Below, one piece after another: positions 8,610 to 17,410 of a stretch of 64,000 bases of DNA; the first letter of the stretch is position 1, and each line of letters opens with the position of its first letter. The stretch comes from Candidatus Saccharimonadota bacterium (GTDB lineage Bacteria; Patescibacteriota; Saccharimonadia; Saccharimonadales; UBA4665): NCBI GenBank assembly GCA_039931245.1, contig JBDTSH010000014.1, positions 258-64,257 on the forward strand. Reading direction: 5' to 3'. The notes beneath the pieces were generated by a model. That model was not told the DNA's origin. It saw only the letters and a program-made list of their open reading frames with translations, and ran no database searches. Both the position numbers and the translations under genes were made by a program.

Positions 8610-9982
8610 TGGTACTTCTCTCGCTACTTGATCTCTTCGCCAGGGGTGGTGGCGGTGGCTCCGGTGGGGGCGGTGGAGGCGGTGGGGGCGGTGTCGGGGG
8701 CGGTTCCGGCGGCAATAGCGGCATTGGCATCCTGCTAGTTGGCTACGTTCCGACCCACTTTTTGGGAGCGCTTCTCCGGCGCAAAGCCCTTAACCGCGTT
8801 AGTTTGGCCGCGATGGTCGGTCTAACGTTGGCCTACGCCGTTCTGCTGTTTTCAATTGGCGGTTGGTTTATCGCGGCCGGCCTGGCCGCCTTGGTGGGCG
8901 GGCCCATTGGCTACTTCGGGGCGGTGAGCTATGTCGCCAAGGCTTTTCGCAAAAAAGCGGCCCAGGATTTGGCGGTGGCCGCCAAATTAGATAGTGCCTG
9001 GGACCCAGTGGCACTCGAGGCTCGGGTTCGGACAGTGTTCGCTGATTTTCAGAGTGATTGGTCGAACTTTCAGGTTGAGCATATGAAAACATATTTAACC
9101 CCGGACTACGCCGAACACATGCGCCTAGTGATGGCCGCGATTGGGGTCCGCCAACGTCGCAATCTTGTCAAAAACCCGACGATACTGGAGCTGTTTCCTG
9201 TCGAGGTAACGGATGCACCGCAGGATGACCAAGACCGTATTCGCTACTATGTCCGGGCCCAGGCCGATGATCAGTTACTGGAGACTATAAATGGCCAGGA
9301 AAATCTGTTGTTCGAAGATAAAAACATCTTCACGGAGTATTGGCGGTTCGTGAGAATCAATACTAGCTGGTGCTTGGAAGGTATCGACGAAGCCACCGTG
9401 GTTATTTCGGACGGATTAGCCCCGGTCAATACAATCAAGCGGTTCGCCAGCGCCAACGGACTGTACTACAGTGACGACTGGGGCTGGTTGTTACTGCCGC
9501 GGCGCGGGTTGCTGTTTGCCAAGGGCAAATTTGGAGTATCGGATATTAATAATCACGCGATTGGACTGTACCGTAACGTCCTGGTCGAGCTATATCGCTA
9601 CAGCGAGGGCCAAGCCAGCGACAGCAAAACCTATACTATCGCTCAGGCGGCTCTGCCCAAGCGCTATGACTCTTTAAGCGTTCAAGCCAAAGCTAAAGGC
9701 TTCGGCGGCTTATTCACACGAACACCTCGTGGCTACAACCGGCTCAGCCTCGAGTGGCCCGACTTCAATCGCCGCTATACCGTCTACGCGACTAATGTCG
9801 AACAGGTCACCGTGTTTGAATTGCTCCATCCCGTTTATATGGAAAAGCTATTTGCTCTGAAATTTAAAGTCAGCATTGAAGTGGTCGACAATGTCGTCTT
9901 CCTGTATAGTGCTGATCCCCACGCCGACTATAATACGATGTTTAAGCTACTCAAAGACGCCTTTGAGGAAATGAAACTTTAA
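8609..9982 (+). CDS. Membrane protein with an N-terminal poly-Gly tract, a Tim44-like middle region and a DUF3137-like C-terminus (tentative)
   Basis: Start overlaps the pheT stop (TAATG). Gly run, then two hydrophobic helices, then a soluble region (WDPVALEARVRTVFADFQSDW...) resembling Tim44-like domains. Domain names are from memory, not searched. Confidence 0.6.
   Translation: MVLLSLLDLFARGGGGGSGGGGGGGGGGVGGGSGGNSGIGILLVGYVPTHFLGALLRRKALNRVSLAAMVGLTLAYAVLLFSIGGWFIAAGLAALVGGPIGYFGAVSYVAKAFRKKAAQDLAVAAKLDSAWDPVALEARVRTVFADFQSDWSNFQVEHMKTYLTPDYAEHMRLVMAAIGVRQRRNLVKNPTILELFPVEVTDAPQDDQDRIRYYVRAQADDQLLETINGQENLLFEDKNIFTEYWRFVRINTSWCLEGIDEATVVISDGLAPVNTIKRFASANGLYYSDDWGWLLLPRRGLLFAKGKFGVSDINNHAIGLYRNVLVELYRYSEGQASDSKTYTIAQAALPKRYDSLSVQAKAKGFGGLFTRTPRGYNRLSLEWPDFNRRYTVYATNVEQVTVFELLHPVYMEKLFALKFKVSIEVVDNVVFLYSADPHADYNTMFKLLKDAFEEMKL
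8645..8713 (+). repeat. Low-complexity (GGN)n tract encoding GGGGGSGGGGGGGGGGVGGGSGG
   Basis: Directly visible run of GGT/GGC/GGG/GGA codons, including three G5 runs. Confidence 0.9.
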
Positions 9983-10013
9983 CAGCGGCCAGACCCTATG
10001 CTAAGCTAGAAAC

Positions 10014-11783
10014 GTGAAAGATATTTGGCGGATTATCCGCTTTACCCGCGACCTCTGGCCGATTTACGTCGGCATCAGCTTACTGACGGTCATGTTGGCC
10101 TTAATGGGCGTCATGCAGCCGCTGCTAGCCGGCTGGGCGATCAATGAACTTCGTCATGGCACTAGCGCCAACGTCCACTACCTTGTCAGCTTGGCGATTA
10201 TTATATTCCTGCTCGATATGTTCTCGACGCTGTTTAGCAATATCGGTGGCTATTATGGCGACCAGCTGCAGGGTCGCCTGCAATTTCACTTGAGTCACCG
10301 TTATTATCAACACCTCTTAAGCCTGCCGCAGCAGTTTTATGATACTGAGCTGACCGGTAAAATCATTAACCGGCTTAACCGGTCGATTACCCAAATCACC
10401 AACTTCTTCCAATTCATTACCAATAACTTCTTGCAATTAATCTTCACGACGATCTTTACACTGGCCGTGGCGTTCCACTATAGCTGGCAGGTCGGTCTGT
10501 TGCTCGCTTCACTCTACCCAATCTACATACTGCTGACGATTCGGAGTAGCCCTAAGTGGCAAAAGTACCAGGCTAAAAAGAATCACAACTTCGATGTTGC
10601 CAATGGACGCTTTGCCGAGGTCATTAACCAGGTCAAAGTCGTCAAAACCTATTTGCAAGAAAAGCATGAACTTAGTTTGTTCGATGACCGTTACAAGAGT
10701 GTCATCCGGATCAACCGGCCCCAATCCAAGCATTGGCATAGCAATGATGTCTATCGGCGGTCGGTGCTCAATATTATTTTCTTAGGCGTCTATCTGTTTA
10801 TCTTCGTGCAGGGGGCCCACGGCCAGCTTTCACCCGGTACGGTGGTGGCGCTGATACTATTTAGCACCCAGATCCGGATTCCGATTTTCACCATCAGTTT
10901 CATGGTTGATAATTTCCAGCGAGCCGTCACGGATAGCCGCGACTATTTCGCCATTATGGAGACGCCGCCAGCCGTGACGGACCAGGTCGGCGCCCCCCCG
11001 CTGAACATAACTAGTGCCGCGGTGTCCTTTCGTGACGTGGTATTTGGCTATGACGCCCACAAAGTGCTCAAAGGAGTGAGTTTTGATTTGCCGGCCGACA
11101 GCAAAACGGCCCTGGTCGGCGAGAGCGGCGAAGGCAAGACGACGATTACCAGCTTGTTGCTCCGACTCTATGATATTGACAGTGGGACAATCCGGATTGA
11201 CGATCAGGATATCAGTACGGTCAGTCAGTCGAGCCTGCGGTCGAGTGTGGCGGTCGTCTTCCAGGAGCCCGCCCTCTTTAGTGGAACGGTTCGTGAAAAT
11301 ATCGCCTACGCCCAGCCGGCGGCGACAGCCAGCCAGGTTGAGGCGGCCGCCAAGGCCGCCAACGCCCATGACTTTATTAGTAAATTTGATAAGGGGTACG
11401 ACAGTCAGATCGGGGAGCGCGGCCTGAAACTGAGCGGTGGCCAAAAACAGCGCCTGGCCATTGCCCGGGCCTTACTGAAGGATGCGCCGATTCTGATTCT
11501 CGACGAGGCCACCAGCAGCCTCGACAGTAAGAGCGAACGGTCCGTCCACGAAGCGCTGGAACGCTTGATGCAGGGCCGTACGACGCTCATTATTGCCCAC
11601 CGTCTGAGTACCATTCAAGCCGTTGACCAGATTGTGACCATCAAGCAGGGCCGGGTCGATGAGATCGGTTCGCCGGGCGAACTGTCGACCAGCCACGGTA
11701 TTTACGCCGAACTGCTCGAGCTGCAACAGGGCAACACCGAAGCCGCCAAAAAGAAACTCAAAGACTACGAGATGGCCGCCTAG
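10014..11783 (+). CDS. ABC transporter, fused permease/ATP-binding protein (MsbA/multidrug-exporter type)
   Basis: Six-TM N-terminal half, Walker A GESGEGKTT, signature LSGGQKQRLAIARA, Walker B ILILDEATS, H-loop IAHRLST. GTG start. Confidence 0.9.
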   Translation: MKDIWRIIRFTRDLWPIYVGISLLTVMLALMGVMQPLLAGWAINELRHGTSANVHYLVSLAIIIFLLDMFSTLFSNIGGYYGDQLQGRLQFHLSHRYYQHLLSLPQQFYDTELTGKIINRLNRSITQITNFFQFITNNFLQLIFTTIFTLAVAFHYSWQVGLLLASLYPIYILLTIRSSPKWQKYQAKKNHNFDVANGRFAEVINQVKVVKTYLQEKHELSLFDDRYKSVIRINRPQSKHWHSNDVYRRSVLNIIFLGVYLFIFVQGAHGQLSPGTVVALILFSTQIRIPIFTISFMVDNFQRAVTDSRDYFAIMETPPAVTDQVGAPPLNITSAAVSFRDVVFGYDAHKVLKGVSFDLPADSKTALVGESGEGKTTITSLLLRLYDIDSGTIRIDDQDISTVSQSSLRSSVAVVFQEPALFSGTVRENIAYAQPAATASQVEAAAKAANAHDFISKFDKGYDSQIGERGLKLSGGQKQRLAIARALLKDAPILILDEATSSLDSKSERSVHEALERLMQGRTTLIIAHRLSTIQAVDQIVTIKQGRVDEIGSPGELSTSHGIYAELLELQQGNTEAAKKKLKDYEMAA

Positions 11784-11829
11784 GCATTTTTGGCTATCTT
11801 AATTCTTGTTTACTCGTTACTATAGAGCC

Positions 11830-12279
11830 ATGAGACAAGCCGTTCGCGCCATCGTGATAAAGGATGATCATTTATTGATCATGCAGCGTAATAAATTCGG
11901 TCACCAGTACTACTCGCTGGTGGGCGGCGGCATTGACATGGGTGAGTCGGCCGAGCAAGCGCTCTACCGGGAAGTCGCCGAAGAAACCGGTATTACCATT
12001 ACCACCCCCCGGCTGGTTATTATTGAAGACGCTGGCTCGATGTACGGTATCCAGTATATCTATAGCTGTGAGTACGTCAGCGGCGAGCCAGTGCTATCGC
12101 CCGACTCAGCCGAGGCGAAAATTCACGCCGGCGGTCAAAACTTGTTTGTGCCGATGTGGCTGCCGTTGGCCGAGCTGCCGGCAACTAATTTATTACCGAT
12201 TGAACTAAAGCAGCTGCTACTGGCCGAGCTCGCCACTAACTTCTCGGGGGCCCCAATCGCCCTTACGATTAACTCCTAA
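11830..12279 (+). CDS. NUDIX hydrolase
   Basis: Nudix box GGGIDMGESAEQALYREVAEETGI. ATG 11830 is preferred over the TTG at 11806 because TACTAT (11818-11823) lies 6 nt upstream. Confidence 0.8.
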   Translation: MRQAVRAIVIKDDHLLIMQRNKFGHQYYSLVGGGIDMGESAEQALYREVAEETGITITTPRLVIIEDAGSMYGIQYIYSCEYVSGEPVLSPDSAEAKIHAGGQNLFVPMWLPLAELPATNLLPIELKQLLLAELATNFSGAPIALTINS

Positions 12280-12323
12280 GTAGGCTATACTACAGTTTGA
12301 AATAAGTGGAGGAGACACAGGCT

Positions 12324-12872
12324 ATGGCACGCAAACGTGAGCGTATTTTTGCGCTTTTCGGGGCAATATTATTTTTAGGGACATCGTCGGCACTGACCGT
12401 GGCAGTCATTATGTCCATGGTGCAACAGCACAACCAACAGAAGAAAGTCGCCGACGCCACTAAAACACTACAAACTAAACCAAAGGACAATAAGAATATG
12501 TTACAAGGCACCCTACTCGCTGACTTCACTCCAGTTAGTCAAATTAGCGATCTACAGAAAATTGATACTACGCCTGGCACCGGCAGTGAAGTAAAGGCTG
12601 GTGACACCGTTACGGTTGATTACACGGGAGCCGTTGCCGGCACCGGCGTTATTTTCCAGAGTTCCAAAGACACCGGCCAACCAGCCACCTTTCCGCTCAG
12701 CCAAGTGATCCCCGGTTGGACGCAAGGTATTCCCGGCATGAAGGTTGACGGCACCCGTCGCTTGCTTATCCCGGCGGCCCTAGCTTACGGCGCCAATCCC
12801 CCGAGCGGATCGGGTATTCCGGCGAACGCCAACCTCGTTTTTGACGTGACGCTACATAAGATCGGTCAATAG
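12324..12872 (+). CDS. FKBP-type peptidyl-prolyl cis-trans isomerase, membrane-anchored or secreted
   Basis: N-terminal hydrophobic segment followed by an FKBP core (VTVDYTGAV..GVIFQSS, FPLSQVIPGWTQGIPGMKVDGTRRLLIPAALAYG). A GGAGGAG Shine-Dalgarno lies 9 nt before ATG 12324. Confidence 0.85.
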   Translation: MARKRERIFALFGAILFLGTSSALTVAVIMSMVQQHNQQKKVADATKTLQTKPKDNKNMLQGTLLADFTPVSQISDLQKIDTTPGTGSEVKAGDTVTVDYTGAVAGTGVIFQSSKDTGQPATFPLSQVIPGWTQGIPGMKVDGTRRLLIPAALAYGANPPSGSGIPANANLVFDVTLHKIGQ

Positions 12873-12893
12873 AGAATTGTACTAAAAAACACA

Positions 12894-12931
12894 ATATATA
12901 GCGTATTGCTAATTTCATAAGCGCTATATAT
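12894..12931. promoter_or_regulatory. 10-bp perfect inverted repeat ATATATAGCG-N18-CGCTATATAT bracketing the glutaredoxin promoter (candidate operator)
   Basis: Left arm at 12894-12903 and right arm at 12922-12931, exact reverse complements. The right arm overlaps the -10 box. Confidence 0.4.
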
Positions 12932-12934
12932 AAT
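12906..12934 (+). promoter_or_regulatory. Sigma-70-type promoter TTGCTA-17nt-TATAAT for the glutaredoxin(-trxB) unit
   Basis: TTGCTA at 12906-12911 and TATAAT at 12929-12934 with a 17-nt spacer, in an AT-rich intergenic region. Confidence 0.45.
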
Positions 12935-13020
12935 AATTCATGTACACAAATTCGTGAGAGTATTTGGGAACAAAACAGCTCAAATCGGGCGCTTAACAGA
13001 AAACTAAAAAAAGGGTCATT

Positions 13021-13278
13021 ATGCCAAAGAATGTCACAATCTTCACTACCAACACTTGCGGGTACTGCCAGATGGTTAAAAAGTATCTGGGCGCCAAAGG
13101 GGTGGTCTATGAAGAAGTCAATCTCGATACTTACCCCGAGCGTCAAGCCGAGGCGATTAGCCTGAGTGGCGCCATGACGGTCCCCGTGACGGTCGTGACT
13201 CAAGAAGATGACAGCCGCGACGTGATCGTCGGCTATAACTTAGCCAAACTTGCCCCCGCTGTCGCCTACGCCGTCTGA
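13021..13278 (+). CDS. Glutaredoxin-family (NrdH/Grx-like) small redox protein
   Basis: 85 aa with a CGYC active site near the N-terminus (IFTTNTCGYCQMVKKYL) and a TVP cis-Pro motif. Confidence 0.8.
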   Translation: MPKNVTIFTTNTCGYCQMVKKYLGAKGVVYEEVNLDTYPERQAEAISLSGAMTVPVTVVTQEDDSRDVIVGYNLAKLAPAVAYAV

Positions 13279-13339
13279 GGGCGCGCCGCTGCTTCGAGTC
13301 ACCTGCGGCCTATATCCGAAGTGACAGGCCGATAAAAAA

Positions 13340-13381
13340 GGGCCCCACCGGCGCTACTTAGGCGGTCGGCGCCCGTTTTTT
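13340..13381 (+). terminator. Putative intrinsic terminator (imperfect GC-rich hairpin plus T6) after the glutaredoxin gene
   Basis: GGGCCCC...GGCGCCC arms with internal mismatches, preceded by A6 and followed by TTTTTT (13376-13381). Confidence 0.4.
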
Positions 13382-13428
13382 ACAAGCTAAATAATATATC
13401 GGCATGATGATGCCGAGAATAGGACGAT

Positions 13429-14418
13429 ATGACTGACGATAAGACCACCGCTGCAGTTAGCGCCACAAGCCCGACTGTGCCGACGCACGAAGTAATTATT
13501 ATTGGTGCCGGACCGGCCGCCCTGACAGCGGCTATTTATACGACCCGTGAAGATATTCAGACGCTCCTGTTTGAGCGCGGTGTCGTCGGTGGCCTGGCCG
13601 CTGTCACCGATAAAATTGATAATTATCCCGGCTTTCCCGATGGTGTCGACGGCTTAAAATTGGCCGATGATTTGCGGCGCCAGGCCGAACGCTTCGGCGC
13701 GGTTATTGAACTCGGTGAAGTCACCGGACTTCATGATGAAGGCACCTATAAACGCCTGGAGACGACGAGCGGCGACATGCTGGCGCGTGTCGTGCTGATT
13801 GCTACCGGCAGCGATTATAAAAAAATCGGCGTACCCGGCGAAGTTGACTACTACGCTCGGGGTGTCCACTACTGTGCGACTTGCGACGGGGCCTTTTACC
13901 GCGACAAGCGCTTGTGTGTCGTCGGAGGCGGCAATTCGGCCATCCAGGAGGCCATTTTCCTGACTCGCTTTGCGAGCCATATTGATCTGCTCGTTCGGTC
14001 GACCATTAAAGCCAGCGATGTTCTCCAGCAGGATATGCAAAAGTTGGTCGATGCCGGCAAGATTACTATTCACCTGCACACGACGACCGATGAGATTGTG
14101 GGGGTCGACCGGTCGGTTACTAAAGTTCTTGGTACTACCGACGGTCAACGGGTCGAATTTGAAACCGACGGTGTCTTTGTTTTTGTCGGTCTCGCACCCA
14201 ACTCCCAGTTTTTAAACAATACTCCCATCTTGATGGATGCGATTGGCTTTGTTTTGACAGATTCTAATTTGCAGACCAACATGAGCGGTGTCTTTGCCGC
14301 CGGCGATATTCGATCCGGAGCAACCATGCAAATTGCCTCGGCAACAGGTGAAGGCGCCACGGCCGCCCTTAAAATCCGTGAATACCTCGAGGGTCACCCT
14401 CATCCTATCCAGAATTAG
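13429..14418 (+). CDS. trxB: Thioredoxin-disulfide reductase
   Basis: GAGPAALTAA FAD motif, redox-active CATCDG, GGGNSA NADPH motif, C-terminal GDIR. Confidence 0.9.
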   Translation: MTDDKTTAAVSATSPTVPTHEVIIIGAGPAALTAAIYTTREDIQTLLFERGVVGGLAAVTDKIDNYPGFPDGVDGLKLADDLRRQAERFGAVIELGEVTGLHDEGTYKRLETTSGDMLARVVLIATGSDYKKIGVPGEVDYYARGVHYCATCDGAFYRDKRLCVVGGGNSAIQEAIFLTRFASHIDLLVRSTIKASDVLQQDMQKLVDAGKITIHLHTTTDEIVGVDRSVTKVLGTTDGQRVEFETDGVFVFVGLAPNSQFLNNTPILMDAIGFVLTDSNLQTNMSGVFAAGDIRSGATMQIASATGEGATAALKIREYLEGHPHPIQN

Positions 14419-14424
14419 GGCTCT

Positions 14425-15129
14425 CTACATGCGGTGATAGCCGAGGAAACTGTCGCGGACGACCTGGCCGGGGCGCAATCCGGCCGCGAGGAGATCACTG
14501 GCGAGGCTCTCGGTCATTGGCGCCGGGCCCGACACGTAGACGAGTGTATCATCGGTGGGCTGGTGGAGCCCGATAATCATAGCGGCGTTGATGGGGCCTC
14601 GCTCTCCGCCCCAGGCCGCCGAGGGTTGGCTCACGACAATGGTCGTGAACTGTTTTGCCGTCTGAAAGGTGTCCAGAAAGGCGATATCATCTTCGCGGCG
14701 TACGCCGTAGATAACATGTATCGGGCGTTGTTCGTCGGTCGCAATGAGCCACTGCAAAATACTGTGGACGGGCGTGATACCGATGCCACCGGCCACAAAT
14801 AATAAGGGCGTCGCAATTCTTCGGGGCAGCACAAAGTCGCCCATGGCCTCACTCATCATGAGCTCAGTTCCGGGTGTCAAGGCCCGGAGGGCCGCTTTAA
14901 AGCTACTTCCGCCGTTCTCTTTGAGCCGCGTCGTCACACTGAGGAGGTCTTGGCTAGGCGCGGACGAGAGGGTGAACCAGCGCGAGGTGCCGCGCGAATC
15001 AGGGTTGGCGTGCGGCAGGGTCAGCTCGATAAACTGCCCGGCCTCGTAGCGCAACGGCCGGCTGGCCCGGAAGAAAAAAGTCTCGATTGAAGCTGTTTCG
15101 GCCTCGGCGTGATCGAAGGTTATCCGCAT
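14425..15129 (-). CDS. Ferredoxin-NADP reductase-like FAD/NAD(P)-binding oxidoreductase
   Basis: RWFTLSS (RxYS-type FAD motif) and GGIGITP NAD(P)-binding motif, with a two-domain FNR-like length. Confidence 0.75.
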   Translation of the reverse strand: MRITFDHAEAETASIETFFFRASRPLRYEAGQFIELTLPHANPDSRGTSRWFTLSSAPSQDLLSVTTRLKENGGSSFKAALRALTPGTELMMSEAMGDFVLPRRIATPLLFVAGGIGITPVHSILQWLIATDEQRPIHVIYGVRREDDIAFLDTFQTAKQFTTIVVSQPSAAWGGERGPINAAMIIGLHQPTDDTLVYVSGPAPMTESLASDLLAAGLRPGQVVRDSFLGYHRM

Positions 15130-15143
15130 GGCTTTAGTATAAC

Positions 15144-15812
15144 TTAGTCTCTAAAACGGTCGGGAAAATCGGTAATGATGCCGGTTGAACCGTCTTTGGC
15201 CAGTTGACGGGCGCGGTTTGGCTGGTTGACGGTGTAGGGGTAGAGCTCGTAGCCCCGGGCGGCCAGGCTGTGGACGAAACCACCCCAGAGCCATAACTGG
15301 TTCATGCTGAGGCGCTTAGTGCCCAGTCGACGCGCCCGCCAGGTGGCCCGGACACCGCTCCAGCGGTCGATAACGACGAGTGGAACGTCGGGGAGTTGGG
15401 CGTGGGCCGCCTTCAAGATACGAAAACTACGCGAACTGATTAAAAAGTCTTGGGCTTGCCAGCCGTTCGCCAGGTATTTTTTCAAGATCGCCGTAATGGG
15501 CGGCACGGCCACGGACGGCTTAATTTCAAATTGGATGGGCACCGACCGGTTGACAGCTCGGATGGCGTCGTCCAGGCGCGCTAGGTCGGATTTGTGGTCG
15601 CGTAATTCCGCGTAGCTGTGGTCGGCGATAGTCAACTTATGGCCGGCTTGATCGAGGAGGTGCGGGTTGTGAATCAGGACGGCGACGTGGTCCTTGGTCA
15701 GGCGAATGTCACACTCAATTTCATCGACGTGGTGTTCAATGGCTTTGAGCAGGGCGGCAATCGTATTTTCGGGTGCCAAGCCTCTCGCGCCGCGATGGCC
15801 AATAATTTTCAT
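15144..15812 (-). CDS. Glycerophosphodiester phosphodiesterase (GDPD family)
   Basis: MKIIGHRGARGLAPENT start and E.D...T.D catalytic blocks. The internal ATG 15812 is preferred over the longer ORF starting at 15851. Confidence 0.85.
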   Translation of the reverse strand: MKIIGHRGARGLAPENTIAALLKAIEHHVDEIECDIRLTKDHVAVLIHNPHLLDQAGHKLTIADHSYAELRDHKSDLARLDDAIRAVNRSVPIQFEIKPSVAVPPITAILKKYLANGWQAQDFLISSRSFRILKAAHAQLPDVPLVVIDRWSGVRATWRARRLGTKRLSMNQLWLWGGFVHSLAARGYELYPYTVNQPNRARQLAKDGSTGIITDFPDRFRD

Positions 15813-15865
15813 ACAGTAGTAGTGTACAATATTTTTAAACGAGCAAAGCACAATAAGGAGTTACC

Positions 15866-16396
15866 ATGGCAGATTTCAACAAAGTTCTCGAGACCGGTGA
15901 TTACCGAAACGGCATAGTGAATACGGTGGTCGAAATTCCCCAAGGCAGTTTCCTGAAGGTCGAGTGGGACCGCGAGCGGGCTTGCTTCATGCTCGACCGG
16001 GTTGAGCCGGCTATTTTTGCCAAACCAGTGAACTATGGTTTTATACCCCAGACGCTCGACGAAGACGGCGACGAGCTCGATACGCTGGTTGTCTGTGCAG
16101 CCCCTATCCCCACCGGCGTGTGGTTGCAAGCCAAAATCATTGGCATTATGAACTTTGAAGACGGGGGCGAGGCCGATCATAAGGTCGTCGTAGTACCGGC
16201 GGACGACCGCAATACCGGCGATAGTATTAACTCTCTCGCCGACCTTGGGGAACGCTGGAAACAGCAAATCACTGAACACTTTACCCACTACAAAGACCTC
16301 AAAAAGCCCGGCACGACGACGGTCCTCGGCTGGGGCGACGCCGCCGCGGCCAAAGCTATCATCGCCGAGTCGATTACTCGTTACCAGGCCAATTAA
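15866..16396 (+). CDS. ppa: Inorganic pyrophosphatase (family I)
   Basis: VVEIPQGS..K.E, YGFIPQTL.EDGD.LD and DHKVV blocks. AAGGAG Shine-Dalgarno upstream. Confidence 0.95.
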   Translation: MADFNKVLETGDYRNGIVNTVVEIPQGSFLKVEWDRERACFMLDRVEPAIFAKPVNYGFIPQTLDEDGDELDTLVVCAAPIPTGVWLQAKIIGIMNFEDGGEADHKVVVVPADDRNTGDSINSLADLGERWKQQITEHFTHYKDLKKPGTTTVLGWGDAAAAKAIIAESITRYQAN

Positions 16397-16442
16397 AGTG
16401 GAGTCGGCTGACAGTCAGATTGCCAAGGTAAATCAGGCCCGG

Positions 16443-16805
16443 ATGACCTATGCAACTAGCCAGCGTGAAGTAGCCCGCACTAAACTAGAGCTCAGCGTTG
16501 CCTTAGGCCAAATTGTCGGCAGCCACGTTGTCGTTGAAGGCTGCCCGACGACCGCCCGCTTCAACCAAAAGCCTGATCCAAAGAGCGGTCAACCACGGAG
16601 CGTGTCTCTAAATGTCTACAGTCTGACAACTCCGTACAGTGAGCGCCAACCGGTCAACTGTGAAGGTCTTGTCGTGTGGGCTGACAATAACGCCATTGAA
16701 ATCGCGATCGACCCGCCGGTCACTGACGTCGGCCGGCGTACTTCGTACTTGTTCAATGTGACCGAATTAGTGAGTCTGAGCCCCCTCGAAATTGCCCCCA
16801 ATTAA
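16443..16805 (+). CDS. Hypothetical protein (about 120 aa; alternative GTG start at 16398)
   Basis: The ORF-track ORF 16245..16805 overlaps ppa, so only the part after the ppa stop is plausible. No motif recognised. Confidence 0.45.
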   Translation: MTYATSQREVARTKLELSVALGQIVGSHVVVEGCPTTARFNQKPDPKSGQPRSVSLNVYSLTTPYSERQPVNCEGLVVWADNNAIEIAIDPPVTDVGRRTSYLFNVTELVSLSPLEIAPN

Positions 16806-16868
16806 TCTATTTGCAAATTAACCGCCAATCGGCAATAATACGGCAATCATTAAATTATTAACATAAAG

Positions 16869-17330
16869 ATGACACACGATCGCTATCCCCAACCTCCTAG
16901 TCAAGCTATTCGGTCGGTAAAACTGGCGATTGCTAACCGGGCCGGGCACTATTTATTGCTGAGGCGGGCGGCTGATGATAAGAACCGCCCGGGCAGCCTT
17001 GATCTGGCCGGTGGCGGGGTTGATCCTCTAGAGTCACCCCGGCAGGCGGCCGTCCGCGAAGCCTGGGAAGAATTGGGAATCGTCCTCGGCGAAGACCAAA
17101 TTAAATTACTCTATCCGGTCCGCCGACCGAGCTCGCACGGACATATCAATGAGCGTCACTTTGGGCGCGTCGTCTTGCCTGACGCCAACCCCGCTATCGT
17201 CCTTGACCCCGGTGAACACAGTAGTTATCTGTGGCTGCCGCGGGACGAAGCGCGCGCCAGTTTAACTCATCAACCCCTGCGCGAGGGCTTTGTCCTGGCG
17301 ACGGGCCATCTGGCTCTCGCGGACCTTTAA
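16869..17330 (+). CDS. NUDIX hydrolase
   Basis: Nudix box GGGVDPLESPRQAAVREAWEELGI. Confidence 0.8.
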   Translation: MTHDRYPQPPSQAIRSVKLAIANRAGHYLLLRRAADDKNRPGSLDLAGGGVDPLESPRQAAVREAWEELGIVLGEDQIKLLYPVRRPSSHGHINERHFGRVVLPDANPAIVLDPGEHSSYLWLPRDEARASLTHQPLREGFVLATGHLALADL

Positions 17331-17339
17331 GTGCGACGC

Positions 17340-17368
17340 TTGCATCAGGTAGCGGCTGATTATACAAT
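17340..17368 (+). promoter_or_regulatory. Sigma-70-type promoter TTGCAT-17nt-TACAAT for the gap operon
   Basis: TTGCAT at 17340-17345 and TACAAT at 17363-17368 with a 17-nt spacer. About 40 nt of leader with an AAAGGA Shine-Dalgarno precede ATG 17411. Confidence 0.5.
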
Positions 17369-17410
17369 AGAACCATAAGCTTTAAAATTAACATCTAAAA
17401 GGAACTACCC

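Noticed and set aside
10631-10647. CtsR-operator-like tandem heptads GGTCAAA-GTC-GTCAAAA.
   Set aside because: They lie inside the ABC-transporter coding sequence (encoding ...QVKVVKT...). The spacing and the second repeat do not fit the (A/G)GTCAAA-NAN-(A/G)GTCAAA consensus, and there is no promoter context.
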